From IMG/VR virus record IMGVR_UViG_3300029922_000049: a DNA stretch of 64,000 nucleotides; one strand, given 5' to 3'. Below are positions 23,731-35,804 of the stretch, piece by piece (position 1 is the first letter of the stretch; each line of letters starts with the position of its first letter). The position numbers and the translations under genes are program-made. This DNA is from an uncultured virus (IMG/VR IMGVR_UViG_3300029922_000049) (taxonomy: Duplodnaviria > Heunggongvirae > Uroviricota > Caudoviricetes). The notes beneath the pieces are model-generated. The model was not told where the DNA came from. It did no database searches and saw nothing but the letters and a program-made list of their open reading frames with translations.

Positions 23731-25500
23731 TTAATTTTCATTTTTTAATTTTTTTAATTTTTTATTTCTTAAAATATGTTCAGCTTTTTTATAATATTCA
23801 TTTTCAAATTTAAATATATCATGGCAAATTGTAAATATTTTAATATTTAAAGTTTTAATATCTAATATTTTTTCATCTGTTCTATATAATTCATATGCAA
23901 TATATTCTAATTCTGTATATTTAAATATTTTCTTCATTCAATTTTTCAATTTTTTCTTTTCTTATAATATTTTTTGCTATATTATATGCATTCTCAATTT
24001 GATTATTTTTATATTTAATATGAACAGCAATTAAATATTCTTGATAACCAGGATAATTTTCATCGTTAGTATTTTTTATTTCATCTAAATATAATTGGTA
24101 AACTACATCATCTAAATATGTAGATTTTTTATACCAATTTCCTATATTTTTATTAAATATCATTTAATTTTTTTATTTTTCTTTTTCTAATAATATTTTT
24201 TGCTTTATCATAATAAATTTTATAATAAATTTCATAGTTATTTTCAAAAATTGAATCAAAAATAAAAGAATTAAAATCAAGATATATAACACTTCTATAA
24301 ATATGCTGTTCTAAATATATATTTGTAATATTAGTAACATATAATTTATATGCAATATCATCTATATTTTCAATTTTATTATTGAACATGATTTATTATT
24401 TTTTCTATTCTATTAATTTTTTCTAATTTATTTTTTCTTATAATATTTTCTGTTTTTTATAATAATAATCACCAAATAATACATCATGACGATAAGCTAC
24501 AAATAGGTTTATACTGAGCAACTTATAATTCATATCTAAATATATAGAATAATTATCTCCAGTTATTTCTTTGATATCAGATATATATAATTTATATGCA
24601 ATATCATCTATATTTTCATTTTTTCTTCTTAAATTTGAACATATATTATTAATTTTTTCTATTCTATTAATTTTTTCTAATTTTTTTTTCTTATAATAAG
24701 TTTTTTATTTTTTATAATAATTTCTGCTTTTTTATAATATTCAGAATCATTATCATAACTAATTTCAAAAATAATTTTAGAAAGACTACGTGTAATATTA
24801 CCACATATGAAATTCTTTTTTGCATATAATTTATATGCAATATCATCTATATTTTCAATTTTATTATTGAACATGATTTATTATTTTTTCTAATTTCTTT
24901 TTTCTTAAAATTTTTTCTGCTTGTTTATAATATTCAGATAAAATTTTTCTATGACGTATAAAGAAATCTTTATCTATTATAGAAGTACTATCATGATTTC
25001 TTTTTTTATAATATTTTTTATAACATGCATATGCACAATTATCTAACTCATCATCATAAATATTATGCTCTATCATAAATTATTTAATTTTTCTAATTTT
25101 TGTTTTCTTAAAATTTGATTTGCTTGCTCATAATATTCATCTATTGAATCATGTTGATGATATAAATTTCCTCTTTGTTTATAATGATTTATAATATTTA
25201 TCATAGTCGCTGGACCTTTATCATCATGATATCGATATATTGTCATATAATCTTGAACATAAAAATTATACGCTAATCTATCAATTTCCTTAATATTATT
25301 TTCAGACGTAGATTCAGGTATAGGTATATCGTGAGGTATATCATCAGTTGGAACATCAGTTGGAACATCAGTTGGAACATCAGTTGGAACATCAGTTGGA
25401 ATATCAGTTGGAACATCAGATATAGAATTCTGTCCTAAAACTATTATAAATTTTTTATTATTTGAAGTTTTTATTAAACTTATTATTTTTTTTATTAATC
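23731..25500 (-). other. Array of small DDIAYxLY...KAxxIxRKxKL paralogs, some degraded
   Basis: ORFs at 23731, 23921, 24153, 24677 and 24864, plus untracked frames near 24400-24640 and 25080-25500. The DNA encoding MFNNKIENIDDIAYKLY is repeated. Confidence 0.7.
25345..25420. repeat. 12-bp tandem repeat (atcagttggaac; encodes DVPT on the minus strand)
   Basis: About 6 consecutive units. Confidence 0.9.
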
Positions 25501-25531
25501 TTTTAATCTGAATTCTCCTTTAAGGAAAAAT

Positions 25532-26302
25532 TTATAATTCGTTTTCATTATTTAATTTTATTAATTTATATTTTCTTATTTCTAAACTTATTAGTTTGCA
25601 TAGTTCAATCCAATCATCAGAACAAAAGTTATTAAATGTACCTAATTCATCAAATTCATCAATTACATTTATTTTATTAAAAACAAAAATTTCTTTAGAA
25701 ATAAATTTAGCTAGTCCTGGAATATCAATATTCGGTTTCATTTAATTTTATTAATTTATATTTTCGTAATTCTATAATTATTTCTTTTTCTAATTTACTA
25801 ATATCATAATTATTAAACGCACCTAATTTTTTCAAATCATCAAATGAATCTGTTTTATTAAAAACAAACATTTCTTTAGCAATAAATTTAGCTAGTCCTG
25901 GGATATCAATATTCGGTTTCATTTAATTTTATTAATTTATATTTTCTTTCTTCTATAATTATTTGTTTTTTTAATTCAGAAAAATCAGATTCACTAAAAT
26001 TATTAAATGTTTGTAATTTATATAAAACTTCAAGAGCATTTAAATTATCTTTAACAAAGAACTCTTTTATTATTCTACTTGCTAATAATTTTAATATTTT
26101 TCTATCCATATTTTTTATTAATTTCTATCAATTTTCTCTTTCGTTGAACTATATTTAAATATATTTTTAATTCTTCAAAATTCATTTTTTCATAAATACA
26201 AGATCGTTGTATAGTATGTATAATATTATTTACAGATGTATTTTTAAATGCTGCATCATTAATGAGAGCATATGCTAATTTAATCAAATCTATTTTATCC
26301 AT
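25532..26302 (-). other. Array of small paralogs (MKPNIDIPGLAKFI x2 plus related ORFs)
   Basis: Near-identical DNA at ~25680-25770 and ~25860-25950. Shared RKYKLIKLN ends. Confidence 0.75.
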
Positions 26303-27165
26303 ATATCATTAACTATGCATGATGTGTAAGAAATAATGCAACATAATATAACATCAATAACTGATAATACAAATCCAGTTGAGCTTAATGTTATATTTAA
26401 TGATTTAAAATATGATGAAATTACAATCATCATTAATATAGTTAAAAACATAATTAAAGAAAAATATTTAGGTTTCATTTTGAAAATAATCTTTGTATAA
26501 AATTTTTATTATTTATTTCATCAAGTTTTTCTTTTCTTTCTGTTTTTAACTCATTTTCACTTACTAACCATTCAATTTCAGAAGTATTTTTAATGAATGA
26601 AAATTTTAATTTTATAGCTTTTTTGACATAATCATATTGAAATATACCAAAGCCAGACAATACTTCTATGTCTATTAATTTAATTTTAGATATTCCATTT
26701 TTATATTTATCAATTTCTTCAACATATACTCTAGATTTATATTCTGTTTTATTATCATCATCTGCTGTCTTACAAAGTGTAGTAGTAATATTATAATATT
26801 CTTGAGGATATTTTTGTTTTTTCTTCATAATTATTTTTTATTTATCTCTAAAATTTTATCTTTTCTATCATTTTTTAATGTAGGAATTAACCATTCCACT
26901 TTATCGGTTTTAACAATTGATATAAATTTCTTTTTTGCGTAATTTTTTAACCAATCAATTTTATCAGGATCATCACATGCTTCAATTTCTATATATTCCA
27001 ATGCTACTTTAGATAAATTATTTTCAAATCTTTCTATTTCTATAACATATAAAATAACAACATTCTTTCGATATGCAGATTTTATTTCAAGTTCTTCACG
27101 ATAAAAACCTCGTCGTCCTTTTATTATTTGTTTTTTACCAAAAATTTTACTTATTAAGCTCATTT

Positions 27166-27783
27166 TTAATTATTTTTTAGTTTATTACTTAATTCAATAA
27201 ACATATCATACCAATTTTTTGGAGTACAAATATTTTCATCATCATATATTTGTAATTTAATTTTATTCATTGAACTAAAATTTGATATTATACCAATTTC
27301 TTTTATTTGAATACCAAAATCTAATATTCTTAATGCGTGATAAATATTTTTTGAAACATATTCAAAATTATCATCTTTATATGATAGTATTGCATTATGC
27401 CAACTTGATGATGCTAATGATATTACTTTTTTAATAAATTCTTTTTCTTCAAATTTAGAAATTTTAAAATCAAAAGTTTTTTTAACTATCATATCTTCAG
27501 GTAAGAATAAACATTCCAATACTGGCATTTGATAATTATTTATTGCATCTAAGAATCCGCCTTTTGAATAACAAGAACCTTGAATTTCTTTATCAACTGA
27601 TGATATTGCATTATCTTTAAATGATCCACTCGGTAATAATGATTTCTTATAAACTATGATATAATCATAATCGGAATATTCATCATTTGATAAATATACT
27701 CTTGAACCATATGGATATATGTTTAATATATCATTTATATCTAAATGTAATTCATTACAAATTTCTTCTGCGGTATACTTCAT
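27166..27783 (-). CDS. Pol-beta superfamily nucleotidyltransferase
   Basis: YPYGSRVY...SDYDY (GS...DxD). Confidence 0.8.
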   Translation of the reverse strand: MKYTAEEICNELHLDINDILNIYPYGSRVYLSNDEYSDYDYIIVYKKSLLPSGSFKDNAISSVDKEIQGSCYSKGGFLDAINNYQMPVLECLFLPEDMIVKKTFDFKISKFEEKEFIKKVISLASSSWHNAILSYKDDNFEYVSKNIYHALRILDFGIQIKEIGIISNFSSMNKIKLQIYDDENICTPKNWYDMFIELSNKLKNN

Positions 27784-28275
27784 AATTTTAATATACCGTA
27801 CTTAGAGTTACTTTTTTACCACATCTTTTACATATATAAATAGGTAATGTATAACCAATTGAATTCCAATATGGAAATCCGTCAATAGGATCTGTTTTTC
27901 CTATTTCTTTATCATTTTCAAAATCAACATCAGGTTCTAATCCCAATAATTCTTGACAAAAACAATAATCAGGATTATCTTGAATTTCCTTATCTAATGC
28001 TAATTTATAACGAATTGCGTTATTTTTTATTTTAGTTTTTTTATTTGACATAATATCTTCTTTTATAATATCTGTGTTATTATCAAATGCGTCCATGATA
28101 GTTTTTAATGATACACCTAATTTAATAGTAGCATGATAAAATATATGAACATCATCTATATCTTCAAGCCAATCATCATGTCCATTTATGCAACAAGATG
28201 TTTCATCATTTTTTTTTGTTGAACCACAAGTAATACAAACTGCATGAGCAGGATATTTTATATCTTCATTCATAT

Positions 28276-28788
28276 TTAAATAATTGTTACAAGTTTTAAT
28301 ATTCTTTTATTTGGATCTAATGAGACAATATCATAATTATCATCAGATAATATATTATATTCAAGTATATCTGGATTATTAAATCTATCTTTTATTGTTT
28401 TATTATTTACATAAACAATATCAGATTCTCTAATTTTTGATAAAATTGAAGAATGAAGGTTAGTTTGTTTATTTGTGTATTTTGGATAACATTCTCTCCA
28501 CTTTTGATTTTTTACAAGAATTTCGTTAAAAACATCTTCAATTAAAAAGTTTCCTATTTCACATACATTTAAATAAACTGATAATTGATTTTGAATGGCA
28601 TCAGCCATTTCTTCAATCAAGTGATCTTTATCATATGGTTTTTGTGTTATTCCGATAAGCTTACAAACTTCTGCTGAAAATTCTCCATACTCTTCATTAT
28701 ATTTAATAAATCTTTCAAGAAATTTTTTACCATCTAATTTATTTAACTCTGATATTTCTTCTATTATTTTTTCTATTTCTATTTTCAT
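28276..28788 (-). CDS. MazG-like NTP pyrophosphohydrolase
   Basis: EEYGEFSAEV...EEMAD...KNQKW. Confidence 0.75.
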   Translation of the reverse strand: MKIEIEKIIEEISELNKLDGKKFLERFIKYNEEYGEFSAEVCKLIGITQKPYDKDHLIEEMADAIQNQLSVYLNVCEIGNFLIEDVFNEILVKNQKWRECYPKYTNKQTNLHSSILSKIRESDIVYVNNKTIKDRFNNPDILEYNILSDDNYDIVSLDPNKRILKLVTII

Positions 28789-29290
28789 TTATTTCTATTT
28801 TTTCTAATTTTAATTTTCTAATTTCTTGTTCAGAATAAAAATGTGTATTTACAAAATATTCAGAATAATAATTATCATTAATCATAAAATTTTTAATTGT
28901 TGTTATTGTCTTATCATCACAATTATAATTTGTTCGATATATTATGTCTTTGATTATATAATTTTTATTTTTTTTGAATATTCCAGCAGATGTAATTTTA
29001 TAACCAAATTTACATTTACATAACAATTCATCTCCTATTTTCATTTTTAATCATTTATATTTTTACATAAATCACAACCACCTTCACAACCACATTTACT
29101 ACACCATTTATCTTGTTCTTTTTTTGATAAATTTTTAAATTCAGTACGTCTTTTTATCGTATTATTTATAATTTCTTTTTCTTTAGTTAAACGAATTTTA
29201 CAAGTATTAAAATTGCAATCAGCACCATCTGCTTTATGACAATCGTCATACACATATACTACACATTGTTTATATTTCATGATTTATATG

Positions 29291-30157
29291 TTAATTTTTA
29301 AATAAACTATTATGCTCATTTACTGCTAATTTATTAATCGCATTAACTACTTTTTCATAATCATTGCCATACATTGATGCACAATTAAATGAGTTAAGTT
29401 CAAGTAATTTATATTCATCATTATTTGTTTTGCAAACATCTATAGTATATGCTAAATCTGGTTGATATATCTTTGACATTTTAATTGCAAAATCTGTTGC
29501 ATTTTGATCTTGACAAATTCTATCATAATAAGGATTAAATGTATTTATATTTTTTTCATCAAAATATTGTGAACCAGATATTACTTCTCCATCAACAACA
29601 ATAAATCTATATTCTTCTTTTAATAATTGTTTATCTGCGATTAATACTAATGTATTCATATCTAATCCGCAATATGAATGAATTAATGAATTAAAATCTG
29701 AATCAAAATTATGATTTGATAACATTTGTCCAGGAAAAGATTTATATCCATTTGAAGGTCTAATAAATATACTGGTATTAATAAAATTATTAAATATTTT
29801 TTCTTTATTTCTTAATACATCATTTAAAGCCATCATCATATAATCTTCATTAAGAAGATAATCACCGAAATATCCATAATAATTATAACATTCATAATTA
29901 TCAATAGTTAAAAATACACCTGGATAAATTGGTAAATGAGTTAATTGTCTTCCATGACCTAATGATCCATGAAATATATTTACATCATTATTAGATTGAA
30001 AATTACTAAGAATATATTTTTTAAATGATAAATTTTTTATCTCATCATAAAAATATACATTTGCTCCTGATTTTTTTATGGATTCAACTAAACGATCTTC
30101 GTATTCATCCCATAAATTTGTGTCTATTATCCAGTTTATCATTTTTTCCTTTCTCAT
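29291..30157 (-). CDS. ATP-grasp domain protein (R2K/DUF4343-like)
   Basis: FIRP..GYKSF.G, EYRFIVVDG, YTIDV, LLELNSFNCAS. Confidence 0.8.
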   Translation of the reverse strand: MRKEKMINWIIDTNLWDEYEDRLVESIKKSGANVYFYDEIKNLSFKKYILSNFQSNNDVNIFHGSLGHGRQLTHLPIYPGVFLTIDNYECYNYYGYFGDYLLNEDYMMMALNDVLRNKEKIFNNFINTSIFIRPSNGYKSFPGQMLSNHNFDSDFNSLIHSYCGLDMNTLVLIADKQLLKEEYRFIVVDGEVISGSQYFDEKNINTFNPYYDRICQDQNATDFAIKMSKIYQPDLAYTIDVCKTNNDEYKLLELNSFNCASMYGNDYEKVVNAINKLAVNEHNSLFKN

Positions 30158-30208
30158 ATACAGTTTTTTAGGCTATATATTTTTTTAAATTATTAAATTT
30201 TTATTTAA

Positions 30209-30796
30209 TCAAAATCCGAAAAATTTATAATAAAATTTATATAAGTATTGATATAATTTACTTAATTTTATTTTAGATTTGCAGATATTTTTTATTATAT
30301 CATTATGTTCAAATGCCCATTTATAATTATCTATATCAAAAACATTAATCCATTTAACATTATTCACTTCATATAATTCACCTTCAAGTCCAATTCCAAT
30401 ATCATCAGTATTATCTTTATTGTTTAATAATACATAAAATCTATGCGTGACATTTTGTAAATATGCTGATGGAGAATCGTTAATTTCAATAGATATAAAT
30501 TTTTTTGCATTAATTTCTAATCTACATTCTTCTTTTGTCTCTCTTGAACAAGCCATTTTAAGAGTCTCGTCATAATCTAAATGTCCGCAAGGACAATTCC
30601 ATAAATATTTATGATTCGATGTACCAGAACCTCTTTGATTAGCTAATACTTGTAAATTTCCTTCATGATATCTAAATATAAATCCAGCTACTCCTATATT
30701 ACGATGTACATAATATTCATTACCATCAATACCAATTATTTTATAATTTTTCATAGTAAATATATTTTTATTGTTCAATCCAATAGCCAGCGACAA
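30209..30796 (-). CDS. Nudix hydrolase
   Basis: GHLDYDETLKMACSRETKEEC Nudix box and WAFEH. Confidence 0.9.
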   Translation of the reverse strand: MSLAIGLNNKNIFTMKNYKIIGIDGNEYYVHRNIGVAGFIFRYHEGNLQVLANQRGSGTSNHKYLWNCPCGHLDYDETLKMACSRETKEECRLEINAKKFISIEINDSPSAYLQNVTHRFYVLLNNKDNTDDIGIGLEGELYEVNNVKWINVFDIDNYKWAFEHNDIIKNICKSKIKLSKLYQYLYKFYYKFFGF

Positions 30797-31221
30797 ATTT
30801 ATATTCTATAAATTCTTTTTTAATAAAAGGAAAATATCTAATAAATCTAAATTCGTGCCTATAATAATAACGTGGTTCATAATTATTCTCTATTTTTGTA
30901 TTATATTCACACAAAAATACAAATTTATTTTTATTATAAATTTTCTTATTCATTTTTTGATAGATTTAGTATAAATATCATGAATCTCTTCCCATGTATA
31001 CGTCTTAAATGATTTTATATGAAACCATGTATCTTCTCTTAAATCATAAACATATTTATGATTATTGAAGCACCATTTAGTAAATTCTATTTCTTCTTTC
31101 ATAATTTTTATTTATTATAATGAATTATATTCTTTCACATTTATTTTGATAACCATAATGAAAAACTGACATAATATATATCTAGCATAGTTTATTTCTT
31201 TTGAATTTCTTCTTTTAGAAG

Positions 31222-32085
31222 TTATTTCTTTTCAATTTTAACAAAGTTCTCATTATAAAAAATATTAGAAGAAAAATTTTTATCAAATTTTGATAAAAAA
31301 TTATTCAAAAAATCAATTTGTCTTTTATGAAAATCTGTCCATGATTCCCATTTTCTAATTGTAATTTCCTCTATGTCAGGACAAATATCAGAATCCTTAT
31401 ATCCCCAAATTTTACGTAGTTTTTTTCCTTCTTTTATTCCTTGATTGAAACTTTCCTGAAATTGTTTTAAATCGCTTTTTATACTATTTTCAGTAGGATA
31501 ATATGAATTTTTTTTGTATAATTCTTCATTTAAAAAATATTTTAAAGTTTCTTTACATAATATAATTGATTCATCAATCCAATCTTGTTGCATGAATTCA
31601 TTTTTATAATACATATCACAAATTAATGAATAATTTTTACTAAATGGATATGGAATAAATGGATAATTACTAATTATTTTTCTTAATTTAGGCTTATAAA
31701 AATCTTCACAATCTTCTATATCTTTATCATATCTATAATAAACATTATCTTCACCATTATTTATAACTTCAATTGGAGATTTAAGTGAACTTACTTTATA
31801 AATAATAGTATCGAAGTAATCTGTAGGTAGTTCTTTATATTTTTCCTTACCGTATGGTTTATCTTTAATTCTAATATAATCATCAGTTTTTTTATTTCTT
31901 TTATATTTTTCTTCAACTACATAACCACCTTCTTCTGGTATTTTAGTTTCTGCAACTTCATATCCATTACCTATTGTAAAAAAAATTTGATTCAATACTT
32001 TAAGTTTTGAATTATAATAATTATCACATTTGTATAATGTCGGATAAGTTTGAATGCTTCTTGATATAAAATCTTTTATTTTCAT
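31222..32085 (-). CDS. Hypothetical protein
   Basis: 287-aa ORF downstream of a TTTG-N20-TATCTTTG promoter (32108-32139). Confidence 0.65.
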   Translation of the reverse strand: MKIKDFISRSIQTYPTLYKCDNYYNSKLKVLNQIFFTIGNGYEVAETKIPEEGGYVVEEKYKRNKKTDDYIRIKDKPYGKEKYKELPTDYFDTIIYKVSSLKSPIEVINNGEDNVYYRYDKDIEDCEDFYKPKLRKIISNYPFIPYPFSKNYSLICDMYYKNEFMQQDWIDESIILCKETLKYFLNEELYKKNSYYPTENSIKSDLKQFQESFNQGIKEGKKLRKIWGYKDSDICPDIEEITIRKWESWTDFHKRQIDFLNNFLSKFDKNFSSNIFYNENFVKIEKK

Positions 32086-32214
32086 ATGTATATTATAATA
32101 TTTTCACCAAAGATAATAATAATTTTTGATATAAACAAAGAAAAATCATTTATTTTTAGATAAATGATTTAAAAAGATGCAAGATCATGATATATACTAT
32201 AAATATATAAATTC

Positions 32215-32838
32215 TTAATATTCCCATATATCTTTTTTATACCCGTATGTTTGCCTAATTTCTTCCTTACTTTTATCCATTAATTTATATTCTTCTTCAG
32301 AAAATTTGCCACTTAATCCTGGATATTGTATCCATTTTTCTGTTATTTTAACATTATATTTTTTGGAGAATTCTAAAATAGATTTTCTTAAATATTTCCA
32401 ACCATCTATTGAATAGCCAGAAAATGATAATATATCATTTGGATAAGTTTTTGAGAAATATTCAAACATTTTTTCAAGTAATTTTTTTGAAACCCCCATA
32501 TTAAAAAAATCATTATTGGTCGATAAATAACTTATACTATATGATTGAGTTGACCCCCAATATGCAAATTTACAAATTCCTAATATATCTTTATTATCAT
32601 GAGCAATAATCAATCTACATGTATTATTATATTCCTTTGATCCACCATAAGATGATTGTATATCATTATAATCAAAGTAAAGAATTTTTTTCTTTAAATT
32701 ATATTTTTCATAACCATTATCATAATCATAATAGTCATTATTCTTAATAAATTTATTATAAAAATCACCTGCTTCTTTAATAGTAAAAATATCAATTTTA
32801 TAATCAATATTCTTATTGTACTGAATTATATGCTTCAT
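32215..32838 (-). CDS. GNAT-like acetyltransferase
   Basis: ISYLST..DFFNMGVSKKLL resembles acetyl-CoA motif A. Confidence 0.6.
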   Translation of the reverse strand: MKHIIQYNKNIDYKIDIFTIKEAGDFYNKFIKNNDYYDYDNGYEKYNLKKKILYFDYNDIQSSYGGSKEYNNTCRLIIAHDNKDILGICKFAYWGSTQSYSISYLSTNNDFFNMGVSKKLLEKMFEYFSKTYPNDILSFSGYSIDGWKYLRKSILEFSKKYNVKITEKWIQYPGLSGKFSEEEYKLMDKSKEEIRQTYGYKKDIWEY

Positions 32839-32959
32839 ATATTTAATATTTATAAATTTAAATACAAAGATAATAATTATTTTATTATTTACATGAAAAA
32901 TTAATATTTTATAATCTTTTTTATTTTTTATTAATATAATATTATAAAAAATATTAAAA

Positions 32960-33706
32960 ATGGGTATTGTTTATTTAATTACAAATAAAATTAATAATAG
33001 AAAATATATTGGAGTAGACACAAATAATAATAAAAATTATTTTGGTTCAGGTAAATCTATTAAATTAGCACTTAAAAAATATGGTAGAGAAAATTTTATA
33101 AAAGAAGTTATAGAAGAAAATGATAATAATGAATTCCTATTTCAAAGAGAAAAATATTATATAGAATTATATGATGCAGTAAAATCATCGGAATATTATA
33201 ATATGGCAGAAGGAGGTAAAGGTGGGTCAGGAACGCTAGCATCAGAAGAATCTAAAGAACTTCATAGATTAGGTTGTAAAAAAGCAGGAGAAATAATGAT
33301 TTTAAAAAGAAAAGGAAAAACATATGAAGAAATATATGGAGATAACTCAGATATAGAAAAAGAAAAAAGAAGAATTGCTGGATTAGGTAAAAAATATAGT
33401 GCAGAAAGAATTAAACATTGTTCAGATGGATTAAAAGGTAAATTAGCATGGAATAAAGGATTAAAAACTGGAATAGAACCTTGGAATAAAGGAAAAAAAT
33501 GTTATCATAAAAAATATATTTTAACATTATTAGACAAACAAGAATTGACTTTTTTTGGTCGTGATAATCTTAAAGAATATATTAAAAATATTAATTGTTC
33601 TGGTATAAATACTAGAGCAATTAATATTAATAATTTAATAAATAATGAATTTGATAATGATTATATATTAAATGTAATAAAATTAGATAAACCTATAATA
33701 TTATAA
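32960..33706 (+). CDS. Free-standing GIY-YIG (Seg-like) homing endonuclease
   Basis: GIVYLITNKIN.RKYIG, YFGSG, YN...GG, NUMOD-like WNKG repeats. Opposite strand to its neighbours. Confidence 0.9.
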   Translation: MGIVYLITNKINNRKYIGVDTNNNKNYFGSGKSIKLALKKYGRENFIKEVIEENDNNEFLFQREKYYIELYDAVKSSEYYNMAEGGKGGSGTLASEESKELHRLGCKKAGEIMILKRKGKTYEEIYGDNSDIEKEKRRIAGLGKKYSAERIKHCSDGLKGKLAWNKGLKTGIEPWNKGKKCYHKKYILTLLDKQELTFFGRDNLKEYIKNINCSGINTRAININNLINNEFDNDYILNVIKLDKPIIL

Positions 33707-34036
33707 ATTATTATTTATCATTTCAACTAATTTACTTTTTTGAATCATTCCACTATATGCAATTTTTTCACCTTTTTTATTAATTATAATAGTAGTTGGA
33801 ATGCTTTTTATAGAAAATAATTCTGAAATTTCCATTTCATCTTCTACATCTACTGAATAAAAATTCATATCGTTAACTTCATTTGAAACATTTTCAAATA
33901 TTGGAGTGTAAGATCTGCATGGCAGACACCAGGATGCACTAAATTTTAAAGCTATAGGTTTATCATTTTTGAATTTTTGTGTATCAAAATCCATAATTTT
34001 TTCCTTGAAAGTTTCTAATGTTAAATGTTCAGTCAT
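33701..34036 (-). CDS. trxA: Thioredoxin
   Basis: FSASWCLPC and cis-Pro motif SIPT. Confidence 0.9.
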   Translation of the reverse strand: MTEHLTLETFKEKIMDFDTQKFKNDKPIALKFSASWCLPCRSYTPIFENVSNEVNDMNFYSVDVEDEMEISELFSIKSIPTTIIINKKGEKIAYSGMIQKSKLVEMINNNL

Positions 34037-34159
34037 AATTTATTTTATTTTTTTATATTCAAACTTAGTTTAATAGTTTGAAATATATTGGAGAAATTAT
34101 ATATAAAAATAAACTACTGTTAAAAAATTTTTATAAAGGAAAAACATGTTACAACTATG

Positions 34160-34762
34160 TTAAATTTTTAAAAATGTACTATCATCTTTTTCATCTTCAA
34201 AATCTATTTCGTTATCAGAATCTTCATATTCTTCATCTTCATCTTCATCATCAGGAATAAATATTATTCTTATTGTAGAAATTTTATCATTTTTTTCAGC
34301 ATATAAACAAGTATATGAACCATCTCCGTATCCTGAACTTGATACTGCTCCAAAATCTAGCAATCCGCCTTTTTCATAAGTATCAGTAAGATCACAACAT
34401 TTACCATAAAAAGATGATTCATCTCCCCATTCGCCAAGTTCTTCTTTAGTTTTTGGATATTTTGAATCGTCAAAAATACCACATTGTCCAGAATCAACTC
34501 CAACATCAATTCCTGAATCTATCCATTTTGATTCTTCTATAATATCTAATATATCAACACTATCATTTCCAAAAGTAGTAATAATTTCTGCTACTCTATT
34601 ATCACCTTCATTATATTTTATAAATGAAGTCCATTCTCCAATATTACAATTTTTTAAAGTTTCACAGCACCATACAGTTTTTTCATAACATGGATCTGTT
34701 ATTCTTAATTCGTCACTTTCAGTATTAAATGTTCCTAATTTTTTAATCATATTTTCATTCAT
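34160..34762 (-). CDS. DUF4241-like protein
   Basis: ITDPCY, GVDSGQCGIFD, SSGYGDGSY. Confidence 0.7.
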   Translation of the reverse strand: MNENMIKKLGTFNTESDELRITDPCYEKTVWCCETLKNCNIGEWTSFIKYNEGDNRVAEIITTFGNDSVDILDIIEESKWIDSGIDVGVDSGQCGIFDDSKYPKTKEELGEWGDESSFYGKCCDLTDTYEKGGLLDFGAVSSSGYGDGSYTCLYAEKNDKISTIRIIFIPDDEDEDEEYEDSDNEIDFEDEKDDSTFLKI

Positions 34763-35083
34763 ATATTTATATTTTTTATTTAATGTAAATATAAGGATAA
34801 TAATTCAAATAAAAAAACATTTTGTAAATTTATATATAGAAAAAATAATTATTTTACAATGTGGAAATATACTAATGTTACTTTTATATATTCGAATAAA
34901 GTAGCATCAAAACATGGAGAAAAAGGAGTTGCTCCTGTTATATATACTTATGTTAAAAGTAAGTATGCATTATTACAAGCTTTACATTTTTTTGTTGAGG
35001 AGTATTATCCATGTGGAGTTTATACAAGTTTTGATCCAAGAACAGTAAAATATGATAAGCCTATTAAAGTATAATTAGAAATT

Positions 35084-35743
35084 ATGATTAAAGAATTTAA
35101 AGAATTTAAATTAATAAAAGAAAATCCGAGTTATATACGTGATGAGAATGGTAAAAAAGTATGTGATATGGATGATAAAGATTCTAAACCTTTTTATTGT
35201 GAAGTTAATGATAATCACACAAATGTAATAAATGTTTATTTTGGTGATTATCAAGATTCACATTTTAATGCAGGTTATGATGTAGAGAATCCGAGTTATC
35301 CTGGAAGATTATGGACTAAAAGTAAAATTATATCTTTTTGGATTTATCCAAATATATTATTATTTAAATCAATAATTAGAAAAATTGAAAATGAATTAAA
35401 TATTAAAATTTTTAATAATGATTGGAGAATCGAAGTAGTTAAAAAAGATGGTGAAATAGTAAAAACTAAATTTAGTAATGATATTGATGATTATTATAAT
35501 TCTGATGTAGATTTTGATGTAGAAGATTTAGTTTCTATTGAAGATTATACAGGATCAGAAAATGTACCAGAAAGAGAAAAATTGTGGCATTTAATGAATG
35601 CCAAAGAAAAAGCCGTAAAAATAGCTGCAGGTACTAATCCTAAAATTTATGGAGGTTCATATAAAACAGGTTGGGGTACAATGAATGATATTAGATGGAG
35701 ACAAGCAAAATATTCATCAGAGAGCAAACAAAATAATATATAA
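35084..35743 (+). CDS. Hypothetical (probable virion internal) protein
   Basis: MIKEFKEFKLIKE N-terminal tag. Confidence 0.6.
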   Translation: MIKEFKEFKLIKENPSYIRDENGKKVCDMDDKDSKPFYCEVNDNHTNVINVYFGDYQDSHFNAGYDVENPSYPGRLWTKSKIISFWIYPNILLFKSIIRKIENELNIKIFNNDWRIEVVKKDGEIVKTKFSNDIDDYYNSDVDFDVEDLVSIEDYTGSENVPEREKLWHLMNAKEKAVKIAAGTNPKIYGGSYKTGWGTMNDIRWRQAKYSSESKQNNI

Positions 35744-35804
35744 ATTTTTGAATAAAAAAAGGAAATTGAAAAATTTATATATAAAATAAAAATAATTTCA
35801 AAGA

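Noticed and set aside
32960..33706. Intron-encoded endonuclease
   Set aside because: Flanking genes are intact and on the opposite strand, and there is no intron-like structured sequence.
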